Source: a virus (Duplodnaviria; Caudoviricetes). From it: DNA of 56,674 nucleotides. Of the stretch, positions 1 through 8,732 are shown one piece after another. Position 1 is the first letter of the stretch. Every line of letters begins with the position of its first letter. Location of the stretch: positions 1 through 56,674 of IMG/VR virus record IMGVR_UViG_3300034021_000712; one strand, 5' to 3'. A program made the translations under genes and the position numbers. The notes beneath the pieces were generated by a model. The model saw only the letters and a program-made list of their open reading frames with translations. It had not been told where the DNA came from and made no database searches.

Positions 1-77
1 CGTGCATACCTATCTAAACGCAAATCAAAATGAGCGAACCATTCAGCTTCGTGTTCTGGCTTTAAGTTGAGGGGCAT
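1..77 (-). CDS. Hypothetical protein, N-terminal part (runs off window)
   Basis: ATG at 77 opens MPLNLKPEHEAEWFAHFDLRLDRYA..., open to the window edge. Confidence 0.55.
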   Translation of the reverse strand, partial: MPLNLKPEHEAEWFAHFDLRLDRYA

Positions 78-79
78 AA

Positions 80-259
80 TTAGTCTCCAAAATAAGAATA
101 AAGTCTTTCAAATTTTTCTAACATTGTGCGATGATGGTTAATACCTTCAAGTAGAACAACCTTAATTTCTTCTGTCACATCCTCTGGGGAAACGTCATCT
201 TCATTTAGTGCATCATAGATAAATCCACTAACTTGTTCTAGTGCATGACATTTACTCAT
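80..259 (-). CDS. Small hypothetical protein (59 aa)
   Basis: Manual translation MSKCHALEQVSGFIYDALNEDD...; ATGA overlap with the upstream ORF; below the ORF-track cutoff. Confidence 0.65.
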   Translation of the reverse strand: MSKCHALEQVSGFIYDALNEDDVSPEDVTEEIKVVLLEGINHHRTMLEKFERLYSYFGD

Positions 260-402
260 TTACCATCTCCTATAATGTAGTCTTCCAACTTTCTGAGTCT
301 AGCATCTATCTTATCAAGTGTGTCTTGAATGTCAGGTATCATGAACATGATGCCCCTGATGTTAGTTTCTAGATTGTTTATTTGATCTTGAATATCATCC
401 AT
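256..402 (-). CDS. Small coiled-coil hypothetical protein
   Basis: Track ORF 256..480; probable start MDDIQDQ at 402, coupled to the upstream stop. Confidence 0.6.
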   Translation of the reverse strand: MDDIQDQINNLETNIRGIMFMIPDIQDTLDKIDARLRKLEDYIIGDGK

Positions 403-604
403 AACTTCGAGGGAATTGATGTTTACAGTCTGGGCAGACCCAATGATTAATTCTATCTTCACCCAAAAGTTCAACACCAATCACACGACTATAAAAGTAT
501 GGCGGAGAATAATTCTCCCAATACTTTTCTGGAATTGGTGCAGCAACCCAATTAGCTTCACATTCTGGGCAATTCTCAAGCTTGGTAATGTCAGCGTAGT
601 TCAT
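395..604 (-). CDS. Small zinc-ribbon protein
   Basis: CPEC ... CPDC cysteine pairs in 69 aa. Confidence 0.7.
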   Translation of the reverse strand: MNYADITKLENCPECEANWVAAPIPEKYWENYSPPYFYSRVIGVELLGEDRINHWVCPDCKHQFPRSYG

Positions 605-788
605 ACTGTTTTATAATAATAGGTTGAGCATTGTCATTCCAATGTCTAATTACACCAGCAACAATGAAGACATTTGTGATAAGATATGTGCTGAAGATAA
701 GTGTGCGAATGATTGCAACTTTATCTGATTCTACATCACACTCGCTTGCTTTTTGCCCTAGGGCTTTTGCCCACCACCGCCACATCAT
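591..788 (-). CDS. Small membrane protein
   Basis: Probable start MMWRWWAKALG; one hydrophobic helix. Confidence 0.7.
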   Translation of the reverse strand: MMWRWWAKALGQKASECDVESDKVAIIRTLIFSTYLITNVFIVAGVIRHWNDNAQPIIIKQYELR

Positions 789-1062
789 TTTTATTTGTTT
801 CATTTGATGTAAAGAACTGATCCAAAGATGAAAATAGATTTTGCTTTGATTTCTTTTTCTTTGGTGTGGTAACATTTAAAACCCTACCATCAGAAACTTC
901 TACCAAAGCACCAACATCATTTAGCTTATATCTTGTTATGTATTTTGTCAAGTGCTCTTCACATTCAAACCAACATATTTTTCTATCCTTACCGTCTTGA
1001 TATTCTAGACGGTAAGGAAACTTTTCATATGGAAACTTTTCTGTCTCTTTAGATGCTGCCAT
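736..1062 (-). CDS. Hypothetical protein
   Basis: 108 aa ORF in a tightly coupled minus-strand run. Confidence 0.7.
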   Translation of the reverse strand: MAASKETEKFPYEKFPYRLEYQDGKDRKICWFECEEHLTKYITRYKLNDVGALVEVSDGRVLNVTTPKKKKSKQNLFSSLDQFFTSNETNKNDVAVVGKSPRAKSKRV

Positions 1063-1324
1063 GTTTTTCTACAGTTGCCCTCCAAAAGTCAGTGGTCATT
1101 TCCTTTGATCCTACCATCTTTGCGACGATGACACCATCGATGAGTGCCACTAAAGTTGGTGTCACATCAACACCACAATCAATGGCAAATTGTGACCACA
1201 CTCCATTCTCTTTCGCATTGGTGATGGTAACAACATTCTCCCAACCTTCTACCTTCTTCAGTTGCGTTTCAGCATACATGCAAGGTCTACAACCTTCCTG
1301 CACAAATAAGTGAATTTTAGTCAT
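1049..1324 (-). CDS. Thioredoxin/glutaredoxin-like protein
   Basis: CRPC active-site motif and the cis-Pro segment GVDVTPTLV. Confidence 0.8.
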   Translation of the reverse strand: MTKIHLFVQEGCRPCMYAETQLKKVEGWENVVTITNAKENGVWSQFAIDCGVDVTPTLVALIDGVIVAKMVGSKEMTTDFWRATVEKHGSI

Positions 1325-1752
1325 CGTAATTTACTCTTGATTTTAGTGAGACAATCATTGAAACCTTCTACACTACACTCAACATAAGCGTTTTGAGAAC
1401 CAGCAGCAGATTGTTCTTTGGGCAACCATTCTTCAATCTGTTCTACCAGGGTTTCAATATTTTGTCCTGAAGGATTGTTGTTGATAAAGATTTCATCCCA
1501 CCAATCAGCAATAATATCATAGAGTGTGGTGGGTTTTGGTTTCTCTACTCGTTGATATTTTACACCACGATAGTAAATACAGTCGCCATCTTTGATTATT
1601 TGATATGGCTCAAGTTCAGTTGCTTTGATAGTCATTTGTTTAAGATAAGGAGTAGCATCCATCACACCATCTTTCATTGCTTGTCTAAAAGCATCACGCA
1701 ATCCATCGGCAACTTGTTCTGGTGTTTGTGGTGTTGGTTGAAATTCAGTCAT
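1321..1752 (-). CDS. Hypothetical protein
   Basis: Track ORF 1321..1839; probable start MTEFQP at 1752 (ATGA overlap). Confidence 0.7.
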   Translation of the reverse strand: MTEFQPTPQTPEQVADGLRDAFRQAMKDGVMDATPYLKQMTIKATELEPYQIIKDGDCIYYRGVKYQRVEKPKPTTLYDIIADWWDEIFINNNPSGQNIETLVEQIEEWLPKEQSAAGSQNAYVECSVEGFNDCLTKIKSKLR

Positions 1753-1931
1753 AGGTCTAATGGTTGTTGAGGGTCTTTCTTCCAAACTTCTTTGTAGATA
1801 ATCCAAGGTTCTTCTTGGTGGGTCATTTGAGCAGACCAATGCACACCATTCGCATCAACAGCATCAAGATAATGAATACGAGTCTTAGGATCAATAGTTC
1901 GTGTGATGTATGTGAATTTTACTTTGTTCAT
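1749..1931 (-). CDS. Hypothetical protein
   Basis: 60 aa, ATGA-coupled at both ends. Confidence 0.7.
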   Translation of the reverse strand: MNKVKFTYITRTIDPKTRIHYLDAVDANGVHWSAQMTHQEEPWIIYKEVWKKDPQQPLDL

Positions 1932-2491
1932 TTCTCATCTACCCATACAAAAGAAAGACAATTTTTCATAAACCAACGACTAATAGCAGTCGGTTTCTTA
2001 TTCATATAATACTTCAAATACCCATTACCGAATGTATAATATCCAACTTCTTTACCACCAGATTTAATCACAAAATTGGAAGTAATGTTACTACCAGTCG
2101 CAACAAGATTAGAGTAACCTAATGTAAGTCTGACTGGGAATTGTCCGTGTTCTTTCGCATACTCAATATCCTCAATAATCCTGGTAATCTTTTTACTAAA
2201 CTGATACTCTTGACGATATTTGAGTGCTGCGAACTTATATTTTACATCCTCAATCTGTTTATCAATCTTCTCATCAAACTCTTGTGAGATTTCTTCTAAT
2301 GACTTGCGTGGTAATTCAAATTTGATTTCTTGTGGCTCATTCGGGATGGTGAAGTATTCTTTGAGGAGTTCATACTGTTCGTTGTCTGCACTCGCATTAG
2401 AATACAAACCCATACACTCAAAGACATTCTTTACATCTTTAAGAGTTTTGATTTTACTTACATCTAATTTATGATTTAATCTTTCAGTCAT
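1928..2491 (-). CDS. Hypothetical protein
   Basis: Track ORF 1928..2527; probable start MTERLNH at 2491. Confidence 0.7.
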   Translation of the reverse strand: MTERLNHKLDVSKIKTLKDVKNVFECMGLYSNASADNEQYELLKEYFTIPNEPQEIKFELPRKSLEEISQEFDEKIDKQIEDVKYKFAALKYRQEYQFSKKITRIIEDIEYAKEHGQFPVRLTLGYSNLVATGSNITSNFVIKSGGKEVGYYTFGNGYLKYYMNKKPTAISRWFMKNCLSFVWVDEK

Positions 2492-2709
2492 TTCACAAAA
2501 TCCCCAACCACAGGAACAGTTCCACAAATATCAGTAATTCGTCCTACTGTTTGATCTTTGAGTGCTTGACGACACTCCAAGTTCTTATTGTATGTTTGTT
2601 GAAAGAGTGCTCGTTGTTGTTGCTCACTATAAGTGATAGAAGTAGCAGCAACGATTATAATAAAGAATACAGACAAAACTATCCAATCAAGTTCATCAAA
2701 GTTTTTCAT
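2488..2709 (-). CDS. Small membrane-anchored protein
   Basis: N-terminal hydrophobic helix; ATGA-coupled. Confidence 0.7.
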   Translation of the reverse strand: MKNFDELDWIVLSVFFIIIVAATSITYSEQQQRALFQQTYNKNLECRQALKDQTVGRITDICGTVPVVGDFVK

Positions 2710-2918
2710 TTCAGTGCCTCCAGTTCGTTAGCAATTTCATTCAGTTCATCAGCAATATGAAGAAGCCAAGATTCATCTTCAAGAACTCCACTTCTATGAA
2801 TGTGAGAAGAAATCACACGAATAGCAGCAGCAACTCCGTCCTGTGGAAAGTTGTAAGTATCCTCTGCTTCGTATGCTCTCATAATCTTTTGTGCTCGTTC
2901 TTGTTTATGGTTAGTCAT
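2706..2918 (-). CDS. Hypothetical protein (RAQK...AAAIR family)
   Basis: 70 aa; resembles 2915..3091 and 9311..9517. Confidence 0.7.
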   Translation of the reverse strand: MTNHKQERAQKIMRAYEAEDTYNFPQDGVAAAIRVISSHIHRSGVLEDESWLLHIADELNEIANELEALK

Positions 2919-3091
2919 AGAGCCTCCACATTATAGGAAAGACGATTTAGATAATCTACAACAGGGTCAAAGTAGAGTTGGTCAGCAATCTCACGAATTG
3001 CCGATGCTAGTGCTTCCTTCATATCATCTGTGGGTTCTACAATCAATTCTGCTTTGAATGCTTCCCAAACTTTGTATGCTGCGTTAGTCAT
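2915..3091 (-). CDS. Hypothetical protein (58 aa)
   Basis: Manual translation MTNAAYKVWEAFKAELIVEPTDDMKEALASAIREIAD...; fills the gap with ATGA overlaps. Confidence 0.7.
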   Translation of the reverse strand: MTNAAYKVWEAFKAELIVEPTDDMKEALASAIREIADQLYFDPVVDYLNRLSYNVEAL

Positions 3092-3219
3092 AATACTGCT
3101 GCGATTACTGCTGGTAGAGTGTTTGTAGTTTTGTCTGTTGGTTCTTGTGATTTTTTCTCTTTGTATTCTTTGAGTGCTTTGAGAAAGATTTCCTCTTCTC
3201 TTTGAAGGTCGTCAGGCAT
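3088..3219 (-). CDS. Small hypothetical protein
   Basis: Track ORF 3088..3285; probable start MPDDLQ at 3219. Confidence 0.5.
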   Translation of the reverse strand: MPDDLQREEEIFLKALKEYKEKKSQEPTDKTTNTLPAVIAAVL

Positions 3220-3388
3220 AATACATTTCCTCCTCATAAGCAACATAATCACTTTGAAGATAGTTAAAGAACTCTCCGTCTTCACTTCTCATAGTATAGC
3301 ACCATTCATCAAAGATTTCTCCAATCCACCACCAGCCAATTTGGATTTTCTCAAAGAAGTTCATAGGACGATTGTAGAGTTTTGTCAT
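3212..3388 (-). CDS. Trp-rich hypothetical protein (58 aa)
   Basis: Manual translation MTKLYNRPMNFFEKIQIGWWWIGEIFDEWCY... Confidence 0.65.
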   Translation of the reverse strand: MTKLYNRPMNFFEKIQIGWWWIGEIFDEWCYTMRSEDGEFFNYLQSDYVAYEEEMYYA

Positions 3389-3391
3389 TTC

Positions 3392-3592
3392 TCACTCCAT
3401 ATAATGATAAATTGGTTCTTTGTATCTCCTTAACATCCTAATTGCCTCTTTTGCTTGCATAAGTTGTCCAAATCTTTTTGTTGAGTGAAGAACATACTCT
3501 GCTTGAACAACATTATATCTTTGAATAACATAGTAAGTAGTCATACAATCAAAATCAAAGCATTCTTCAATTCGGTAATCATAAACTTTCAT
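3392..3592 (-). CDS. Hypothetical protein
   Basis: 66 aa coupled ORF. Confidence 0.7.
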   Translation of the reverse strand: MKVYDYRIEECFDFDCMTTYYVIQRYNVVQAEYVLHSTKRFGQLMQAKEAIRMLRRYKEPIYHYME

Positions 3593-3789
3593 AATACACC
3601 TCTAATAACTTTACGCATCGTGGCTTCATGGATAATGTCTTTTTCCAGTTCGTATGGTGATGCTACTTGAAGATAGGTTTGATACTGATGCTCGTTGAGG
3701 TCTTTGGATGGAATGTATCCCTTATAGGATATCATTTTTTGAATTGCCTTACGAGTTGGTTCTTCCCAGTCCTCTTTGAAGTTGAACAT
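3589..3789 (-). CDS. Hypothetical protein
   Basis: 66 aa coupled ORF. Confidence 0.7.
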   Translation of the reverse strand: MFNFKEDWEEPTRKAIQKMISYKGYIPSKDLNEHQYQTYLQVASPYELEKDIIHEATMRKVIRGVL

Positions 3790-4049
3790 CAGTCATTCCA
3801 CCCATCAAAGTATTCTGTGAAAAATTCAAAAGCAAGAGATTGTTTGTCGTTGTTGAGTTCTACACCAAAAAGAGAACTGGCAAGAAAAGAAAGTGTGACA
3901 TGAAATCCACCAGAAGACCAATGATGAGCGGTAGGATTTTCATAATTCACCCACAGAAATGAATGATTTTTGAAGACACCAAACTGCCAAGTATGAGAGG
4001 TTTGACCATCATCCCAAACTTTTTTATCGTATTGGAAGAGTTTATTCAT
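3789..4049 (-). CDS. Hypothetical protein
   Basis: Probable start MNKLFQYD at 4049; resembles 9066..9314. Confidence 0.7.
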   Translation of the reverse strand: MNKLFQYDKKVWDDGQTSHTWQFGVFKNHSFLWVNYENPTAHHWSSGGFHVTLSFLASSLFGVELNNDKQSLAFEFFTEYFDGWND

Positions 4050-4194
4050 AATAATCACCAGTAGTATAAAGAAGTAAGGCACCAAATGCAATCAGAAAAG
4101 AAATCAAATAGTCATCACCAACAATTGAGTTTACCCCAGTAACAAAAAAGAAAAGTAGAGGCACTTGAAGTAAGTATTTGATTATGAGTTTCAT
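4042..4194 (-). CDS. Small two-helix membrane protein (50 aa)
   Basis: Manual translation MKLIIKYLLQVPLLFFFVTGVNSIVGDDYLISFLIAFGALLLY... Confidence 0.6.
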   Translation of the reverse strand: MKLIIKYLLQVPLLFFFVTGVNSIVGDDYLISFLIAFGALLLYTTGDYYE

Positions 4195-4349
4195 CCTTCT
4201 TCATCATATTCAGTAGTAATACTATCAATCACATAATCTCCGTGAGCAATCAGAAGATTAGCAGTCGCAATAGCCATCTGCATCGTTTTGTGTTGTTGGT
4301 GTCGTTGTTCCAAATCGTTTTTATAGTGATAGGTAATGAGGTAGGTCAT
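4191..4349 (-). CDS. Small hypothetical protein (52 aa)
   Basis: Manual translation MTYLITYHYKNDLEQRHQQHKTMQMAIATANLLIAHGDY...; AGGAG upstream. Confidence 0.65.
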   Translation of the reverse strand: MTYLITYHYKNDLEQRHQQHKTMQMAIATANLLIAHGDYVIDSITTEYDEEG

Positions 4350-4363
4350 TTCATTTTCTCCTC

Positions 4364-4600
4364 TTAATCTCCAATCTCCATAATTTTGTTGACCGCATTT
4401 ACAATTTTTTTAATTTGTCTAAGATCTTCTAATCTTTGTTTATGCTCATCATATTGCTCACAGAAATCATTCATTCGTTCTTCATGCCCCTCATCATCAT
4501 AGTTTGTTTCTTCACGAATCTCCCACTCAAGATCATTCAGATATGCTTGGGTATCATCGATGAAATATTCAAGGGTATCAGATAAAGTCATGATCTTCAA
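4364..4600 (-). CDS. Acidic helical hypothetical protein
   Basis: 78 aa ORF in a coupled run. Confidence 0.7.
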   Translation of the reverse strand: MKIMTLSDTLEYFIDDTQAYLNDLEWEIREETNYDDEGHEERMNDFCEQYDEHKQRLEDLRQIKKIVNAVNKIMEIGD

Positions 4601-4760
4601 AGGTAAAGTAATCAGTAATAGAAGACATCACTTCATCATTGATACGATCAATAATTACATGCTCTTCAGGATTTTCCACATGTTTGTGAGCAAGACGCCA
4701 ACCACGTTGCACACCCTGCTCAATTGCCATTTCAAGAATCACATGATATTTTGGTTTCAT
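4578..4760 (-). CDS. Hypothetical protein
   Basis: 60 aa; ATGA-coupled to the RNA ligase. Confidence 0.7.
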   Translation of the reverse strand: MKPKYHVILEMAIEQGVQRGWRLAHKHVENPEEHVIIDRINDEVMSSITDYFTFEDHDFI

Positions 4761-5800
4761 CGATCTTTATGCTTTAGGAGATACGAGTTAGCAATCGCTT
4801 TGAAAGTGAAATCACTATCCCACGATTTGAATACAATACCTTCACGTTTGGTCTGTGGGTTCAACGATGGACCTTCAGCAAAGTTAAGAAGGTCATCAAT
4901 GGTTTCGTATTGTTGGGTGAGAAAAACGTGTTGGTCGATGATAGGAACGTGTTCCACATCAGCACCAAGCATCCTCAGTTGGTCGAGAACGGTATAACGC
5001 TCAAAGGGTTTAAAATAGCGACCCTCAGTGATACTGTAGATGTCAAACAGGTAGAAACGCTGACCTTTGAGTTTCTCAGGATTACCCTGAATACTTTCAC
5101 CAATCAACTCACCTTGAATGGCATACTCTTCACCTTTTTCTTTACTCAGTTCAAGCAAAGCTTCAATGATATTCTGTTCCCGTGCTGCTTTCCAGAAACT
5201 ATTACCTTCAGTTTCCTTCAGATCAATATTCCTGGAACACACACCAACCTCACCATCTTTGATATAGATCGTAGTGCTGCTACCATCAAGTTTGAGAGTA
5301 ACTTCATAGGTCTCATCTTTGTGTGTTTCAAAGATGTTTTTACGAAGGTTCTGGCAACGCTCCTGGTCAGTTTTAGGGATGAAGTGTGGGAAGTTACCCC
5401 TCATCGTTCCCTGAAGTTGAGCAGGAATAGGTGGTTCCCACTTCTGAATGCCCAGCGATTCAGTAAGATCAGTGCCAATATCACGCCAGAAGGTAAGTTC
5501 AATCGGCAGCAAAAGACCCTGACTAACTTGACCACGAAGTTTGACAGTTTTGAGACGCTCACCCTTCACACCATTATACTCACGGGGTTCTTGACCCTTA
5601 CTGAGGAATGGAGCAAGTTCGTGGGGCACCCAACTATCAATCTCAAGGTAGATGGCAATATCACCAACCTTATACTCACCTTTCTTGACAACTACGGGCC
5701 AACCACCATCAACGATGGCACATTCAATAGCATCAGCACCTTCGATAGGTTTGATGTAGGTGATAGGTTTGATCGAAGCAAGTTTACGCACAGTATTCAT
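4757..5800 (-). CDS. ATP-dependent RNA ligase, DRB0094/Rnl5-like family
   Basis: N-terminal RKLAS...IEGADAIE...GWPVVVKKGEY OB-like domain; FIPKTDQER; nucleotidyltransferase motifs KLDGS, QGELIG, FYLFDI, EGIVFK, FKAI. Confidence 0.9.
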   Translation of the reverse strand: MNTVRKLASIKPITYIKPIEGADAIECAIVDGGWPVVVKKGEYKVGDIAIYLEIDSWVPHELAPFLSKGQEPREYNGVKGERLKTVKLRGQVSQGLLLPIELTFWRDIGTDLTESLGIQKWEPPIPAQLQGTMRGNFPHFIPKTDQERCQNLRKNIFETHKDETYEVTLKLDGSSTTIYIKDGEVGVCSRNIDLKETEGNSFWKAAREQNIIEALLELSKEKGEEYAIQGELIGESIQGNPEKLKGQRFYLFDIYSITEGRYFKPFERYTVLDQLRMLGADVEHVPIIDQHVFLTQQYETIDDLLNFAEGPSLNPQTKREGIVFKSWDSDFTFKAIANSYLLKHKDR

Positions 5801-6000
5801 TTGAAGAACCCATTAACAAGAGCAATAATAAACACAATAGCAATGATGGTAAGACCAATCAGAGCACTAATCCACAGAGGAGAAAGAACCCAGACCCAAG
5901 ACCAAGTAATATGACCAGTAAGTTTCAAGCCAATAAACAAAACAGTCAGCAGACCAGGGAAGCCGATGCCAGATGAAGATGAAGAAGAGTTGTTAGACAT
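5797..6000 (-). CDS. Small two-TM membrane protein
   Basis: SSSSSSGIGFPGLLTVLFIGLKLTGHITWSWVWVLSPLW, a widespread phage membrane-protein pattern; probable start 6000. Confidence 0.8.
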   Translation of the reverse strand: MSNNSSSSSSGIGFPGLLTVLFIGLKLTGHITWSWVWVLSPLWISALIGLTIIAIVFIIALVNGFFK

Positions 6001-6025
6001 GATTGCCTTTTGTTGACTTAAATGA

Positions 6026-6070
6026 ATTCTATGCCATAAAAAAGGGGCTGTCAAGCCCCTTGTGCCAGTT
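6026..6070 (-). promoter_or_regulatory. Sigma70-type promoter fused to a terminator-like hairpin
   Basis: Minus strand AACTGGCACA-AGGGGC-TTGACA-17 nt-TAGAAT; inverted repeat AAGGGGCT/AGCCCCTT followed by a U-tract. Confidence 0.8.
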
Positions 6071-6540
6071 CAGAAATTGCCCTTGCCCTGACCCACATCA
6101 AACACCCAGATGCCACGCTCAATCCACATATTCACTACCCTTTGCCGATCATCAAATACACCAAGAATGTTGTGTGTCTTCTCAATTTCGTCAGCAATCT
6201 CACCTTTGACAACAGCATCATCACGATGATCCTTATACTTTCTCATATAGATCTCATCATAAAAGATTTCGTTGTCAGTCAACCACTTGATCGTTTGTTC
6301 TTTGTAGTCATCTGAACGACCAGAAACAATAATCAAGTCAACTTCCTGATCATTACGAAGTGCTTGAAATACTTTCTGAACTGCTACATTAGGTGTATCA
6401 TTTACCAGACCAGCATTCCAAGCATCCCAGTTGCGGGGCTTTGTTGCCACATATTGTCTACGATGGCGAACATCACAGATGGTGCCATCAAGATCAAAGA
6501 TATAGCAATTCCTGTTTTGTTGCGCATTCGACATAATCAA
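6070..6540 (-). CDS. HAD-family polynucleotide 3'-phosphatase (T4 PNKP C-terminal domain-like, stand-alone)
   Basis: IFDLDGT motif I, VSGR motif II, MR...RDD..VK, VFDDR..VV.MW...G. Confidence 0.88.
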   Translation of the reverse strand: MIMSNAQQNRNCYIFDLDGTICDVRHRRQYVATKPRNWDAWNAGLVNDTPNVAVQKVFQALRNDQEVDLIIVSGRSDDYKEQTIKWLTDNEIFYDEIYMRKYKDHRDDAVVKGEIADEIEKTHNILGVFDDRQRVVNMWIERGIWVFDVGQGKGNF

Positions 6541-7006
6541 ATCCTTCTTCTAAGGTTGGAATTTCAAACTGGTGCCACATTCGGTGGAGAATACTCTCAG
6601 GAATGAACTTACCTTCACGGGTTTTGTTTCGTTGGATGGCATCCTCATAGCTCACTTCAAAGTATACAGCACAACGACGATACATGGAAGGGAGTTTAGA
6701 AAGTTTTCTCTTTCGGGTCTTGATCGATAAGTTTGTCTGATCCCAGATAATATCCTTTCCTTTATCCTTTGCCATAATGAAATTAAGTTCAAGTTCCCGA
6801 GTAGCATCAGGAATCACATCATCAAATACTTCATTATAAGTTTGACCGACACGTTCTGCATATTTTTCAATATAGTTATCGGTAGAAAGAACTACTGCAT
6901 CTTTCCAGTAGTCTAGTGTCTTCAGTTTTTCAACATATGTGGATTTTCCAGAAGTAGGAATTCCACAAAGCATTACACATTCCACAAGAGACCTCCCCAC
7001 AGCCAA
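6494..7006 (-). CDS. P-loop polynucleotide 5'-kinase-like protein (AAA_33/PNK N-terminal domain)
   Basis: GIPTSGKST P-loop, LSTD, IIWDQTNLS..TR, RN..R lid. Confidence 0.82.
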   Translation of the reverse strand: MAVGRSLVECVMLCGIPTSGKSTYVEKLKTLDYWKDAVVLSTDNYIEKYAERVGQTYNEVFDDVIPDATRELELNFIMAKDKGKDIIWDQTNLSIKTRKRKLSKLPSMYRRCAVYFEVSYEDAIQRNKTREGKFIPESILHRMWHQFEIPTLEEGFDYVECATKQELLYL

Positions 7007-8142
7007 CGATTTTCATCAATTTTAGTTTGTGTTGACAAAGAATTGCCAATCATTTTAACAATAACTTCCTTAGCAGTCTTTCCACCTTTCATAGCATACA
7101 TGATTGGAGCATGAATTTGAAGAACTTTCTTCTGAACAAATTCAACCGCAAAGTCTTTTTTCTCTGGATACATTGTGTTTCCAGCAACATATAGATCTGC
7201 CATTTCAGATGCAAGATCATCCACAGATAACCAGAATGCAGTTTGGAATTGCTTGACACGATTTGCATCCTCTGGAGTTAGCAGAGGCACAAGATCATCA
7301 ACAGATTCATCAATGATAGTTTGAATCACATTCTTCTCTTGATTAATTTGATCTTTTGATTTATGGCGAAGCACATACTCATCGGCTTTCACTTTAACCA
7401 TGTGCCCACTGTTAAATCGTAGCACAATACCCTCACCATCATCCCATTCCCGAACCTGCTTAACAAACAAGTTAATATCTTGAACAGCAAGACCATCCAC
7501 TGCTTTTACAACAGGGATACCATAGTGTTCACCAAACTCTTCCAAGTTCCAGTGAAGGATGTAATTACCCATCATGGTATTACGAACACCAGTGAGAATC
7601 AGTTGATCCTCTGGATAATCTACCACAATACGATTTTTACGAGAACACCATTCAAAGATGGGGGTCATATTGCCATCAAGCATGGCAAGAATGAACTCAC
7701 GATACTGTGGTTTGTCGGCAATAAACAACTCAGCATTCATTGCTACATCAGTAATACCTGCTTTGGTAGCAAGACGAAAACCTTCTTTCGTAGGAATCGG
7801 ACGGATCATGGAACCATCCAGTTTCTCCAGAACTACATGAGGTTCATATAGATTAATCTTATTGATAGCAGTTTCTTCCCGCTCACCAACATTAAAGAAT
7901 TTGTGATACGGACGAGAAATGATTTGACCAGTTTCAGTATCGAAGATTAAACCACGGCATTCCCGACGCATCTTCATGTTATAGTGACTACGCTCACGAA
8001 CAAGAGAGAACGTATCCTCAAGCGCCACCATATAATTGATAACAGTGTACCAATCCTTGACTATCACCTTGAACTCAGGACGGTCTTCAATATGAGGAAT
8101 CACATCGTCAATATGATTGATGTCAGGAAAATCGTAGTTCAT
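6973..8142 (-). CDS. T4 Rnl1-like RNA ligase 1
   Basis: RECRGLIFD, RPYHKFFNVGE, EKLDGSMI, TPIFEW, EGIVL, KVK..Y; probable start MNYDFP at 8142. Confidence 0.92.
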   Translation of the reverse strand: MNYDFPDINHIDDVIPHIEDRPEFKVIVKDWYTVINYMVALEDTFSLVRERSHYNMKMRRECRGLIFDTETGQIISRPYHKFFNVGEREETAINKINLYEPHVVLEKLDGSMIRPIPTKEGFRLATKAGITDVAMNAELFIADKPQYREFILAMLDGNMTPIFEWCSRKNRIVVDYPEDQLILTGVRNTMMGNYILHWNLEEFGEHYGIPVVKAVDGLAVQDINLFVKQVREWDDGEGIVLRFNSGHMVKVKADEYVLRHKSKDQINQEKNVIQTIIDESVDDLVPLLTPEDANRVKQFQTAFWLSVDDLASEMADLYVAGNTMYPEKKDFAVEFVQKKVLQIHAPIMYAMKGGKTAKEVIVKMIGNSLSTQTKIDENRWLWGGLLWNV

Positions 8143-8162
8143 GGTGCTGTTGAATTTCAATT

Positions 8163-8191
8163 AGAATAACAGGTGGATCGTGGTCTGTCAA
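8163..8191 (-). promoter_or_regulatory. Sigma70-type early promoter for the rnl1-kinase-phosphatase operon
   Basis: TTGACA-17 nt-TATTCT with extended TG. Confidence 0.8.
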
Positions 8192-8204
8192 GCACTGATA
8201 AGTT

Positions 8205-8732
8205 TTACGGATATGTTCCAGTAATTTCAATAGAGTAATTTAATCTGCCACCACCATCAGAATTAACAGTCAATCCTGTTACAATTGCTCGTTTGTCTGT
8301 GACATCACGGAGAATTCTACAAAACTGTTCCTCCAATTCATTTTGAGGATCTATAGCAAACATCTTGTGTTTAACAACATGAGATGTTAAAGTGTTTGCT
8401 GTGACATAACTATCGTTCATATGTAAAGAACCATTACTCACGGTTCCTGTAGGTATTACAACATCATTACTACCATCAAATACTGTTAGTTCACCACCAC
8501 CGTTAATAGAAAGTGTTCCTTTTGCTGTTGGATTGACAGGAGTAATGCCTATACTTGATGTCGTGAATGGTGTATAACTACCTATAATTCTATCAAATTC
8601 TTCTTCTGCTTCTTCAAGAATTTCTTTTCGTTTATCTACAGGTTCTTCCTTAGTTTCTTCCTCAGTTTCTACCTTAGATTTTCCATATATTTCGTCAAAT
8701 TTATCAAGTAGTGGGTTGCTCATAGTCATCAT
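8205..8732 (-). CDS. Hypothetical protein
   Basis: 175 aa ORF, acidic N-terminus. Confidence 0.7.
   Translation of the reverse strand: MMTMSNPLLDKFDEIYGKSKVETEEETKEEPVDKRKEILEEAEEEFDRIIGSYTPFTTSSIGITPVNPTAKGTLSINGGGELTVFDGSNDVVIPTGTVSNGSLHMNDSYVTANTLTSHVVKHKMFAIDPQNELEEQFCRILRDVTDKRAIVTGLTVNSDGGGRLNYSIEITGTYP

Noticed and set aside
4910-5914. 334-aa plus-strand ORF
   Set aside because: Antisense shadow of the well-supported RNA ligase; no recognisable motifs.
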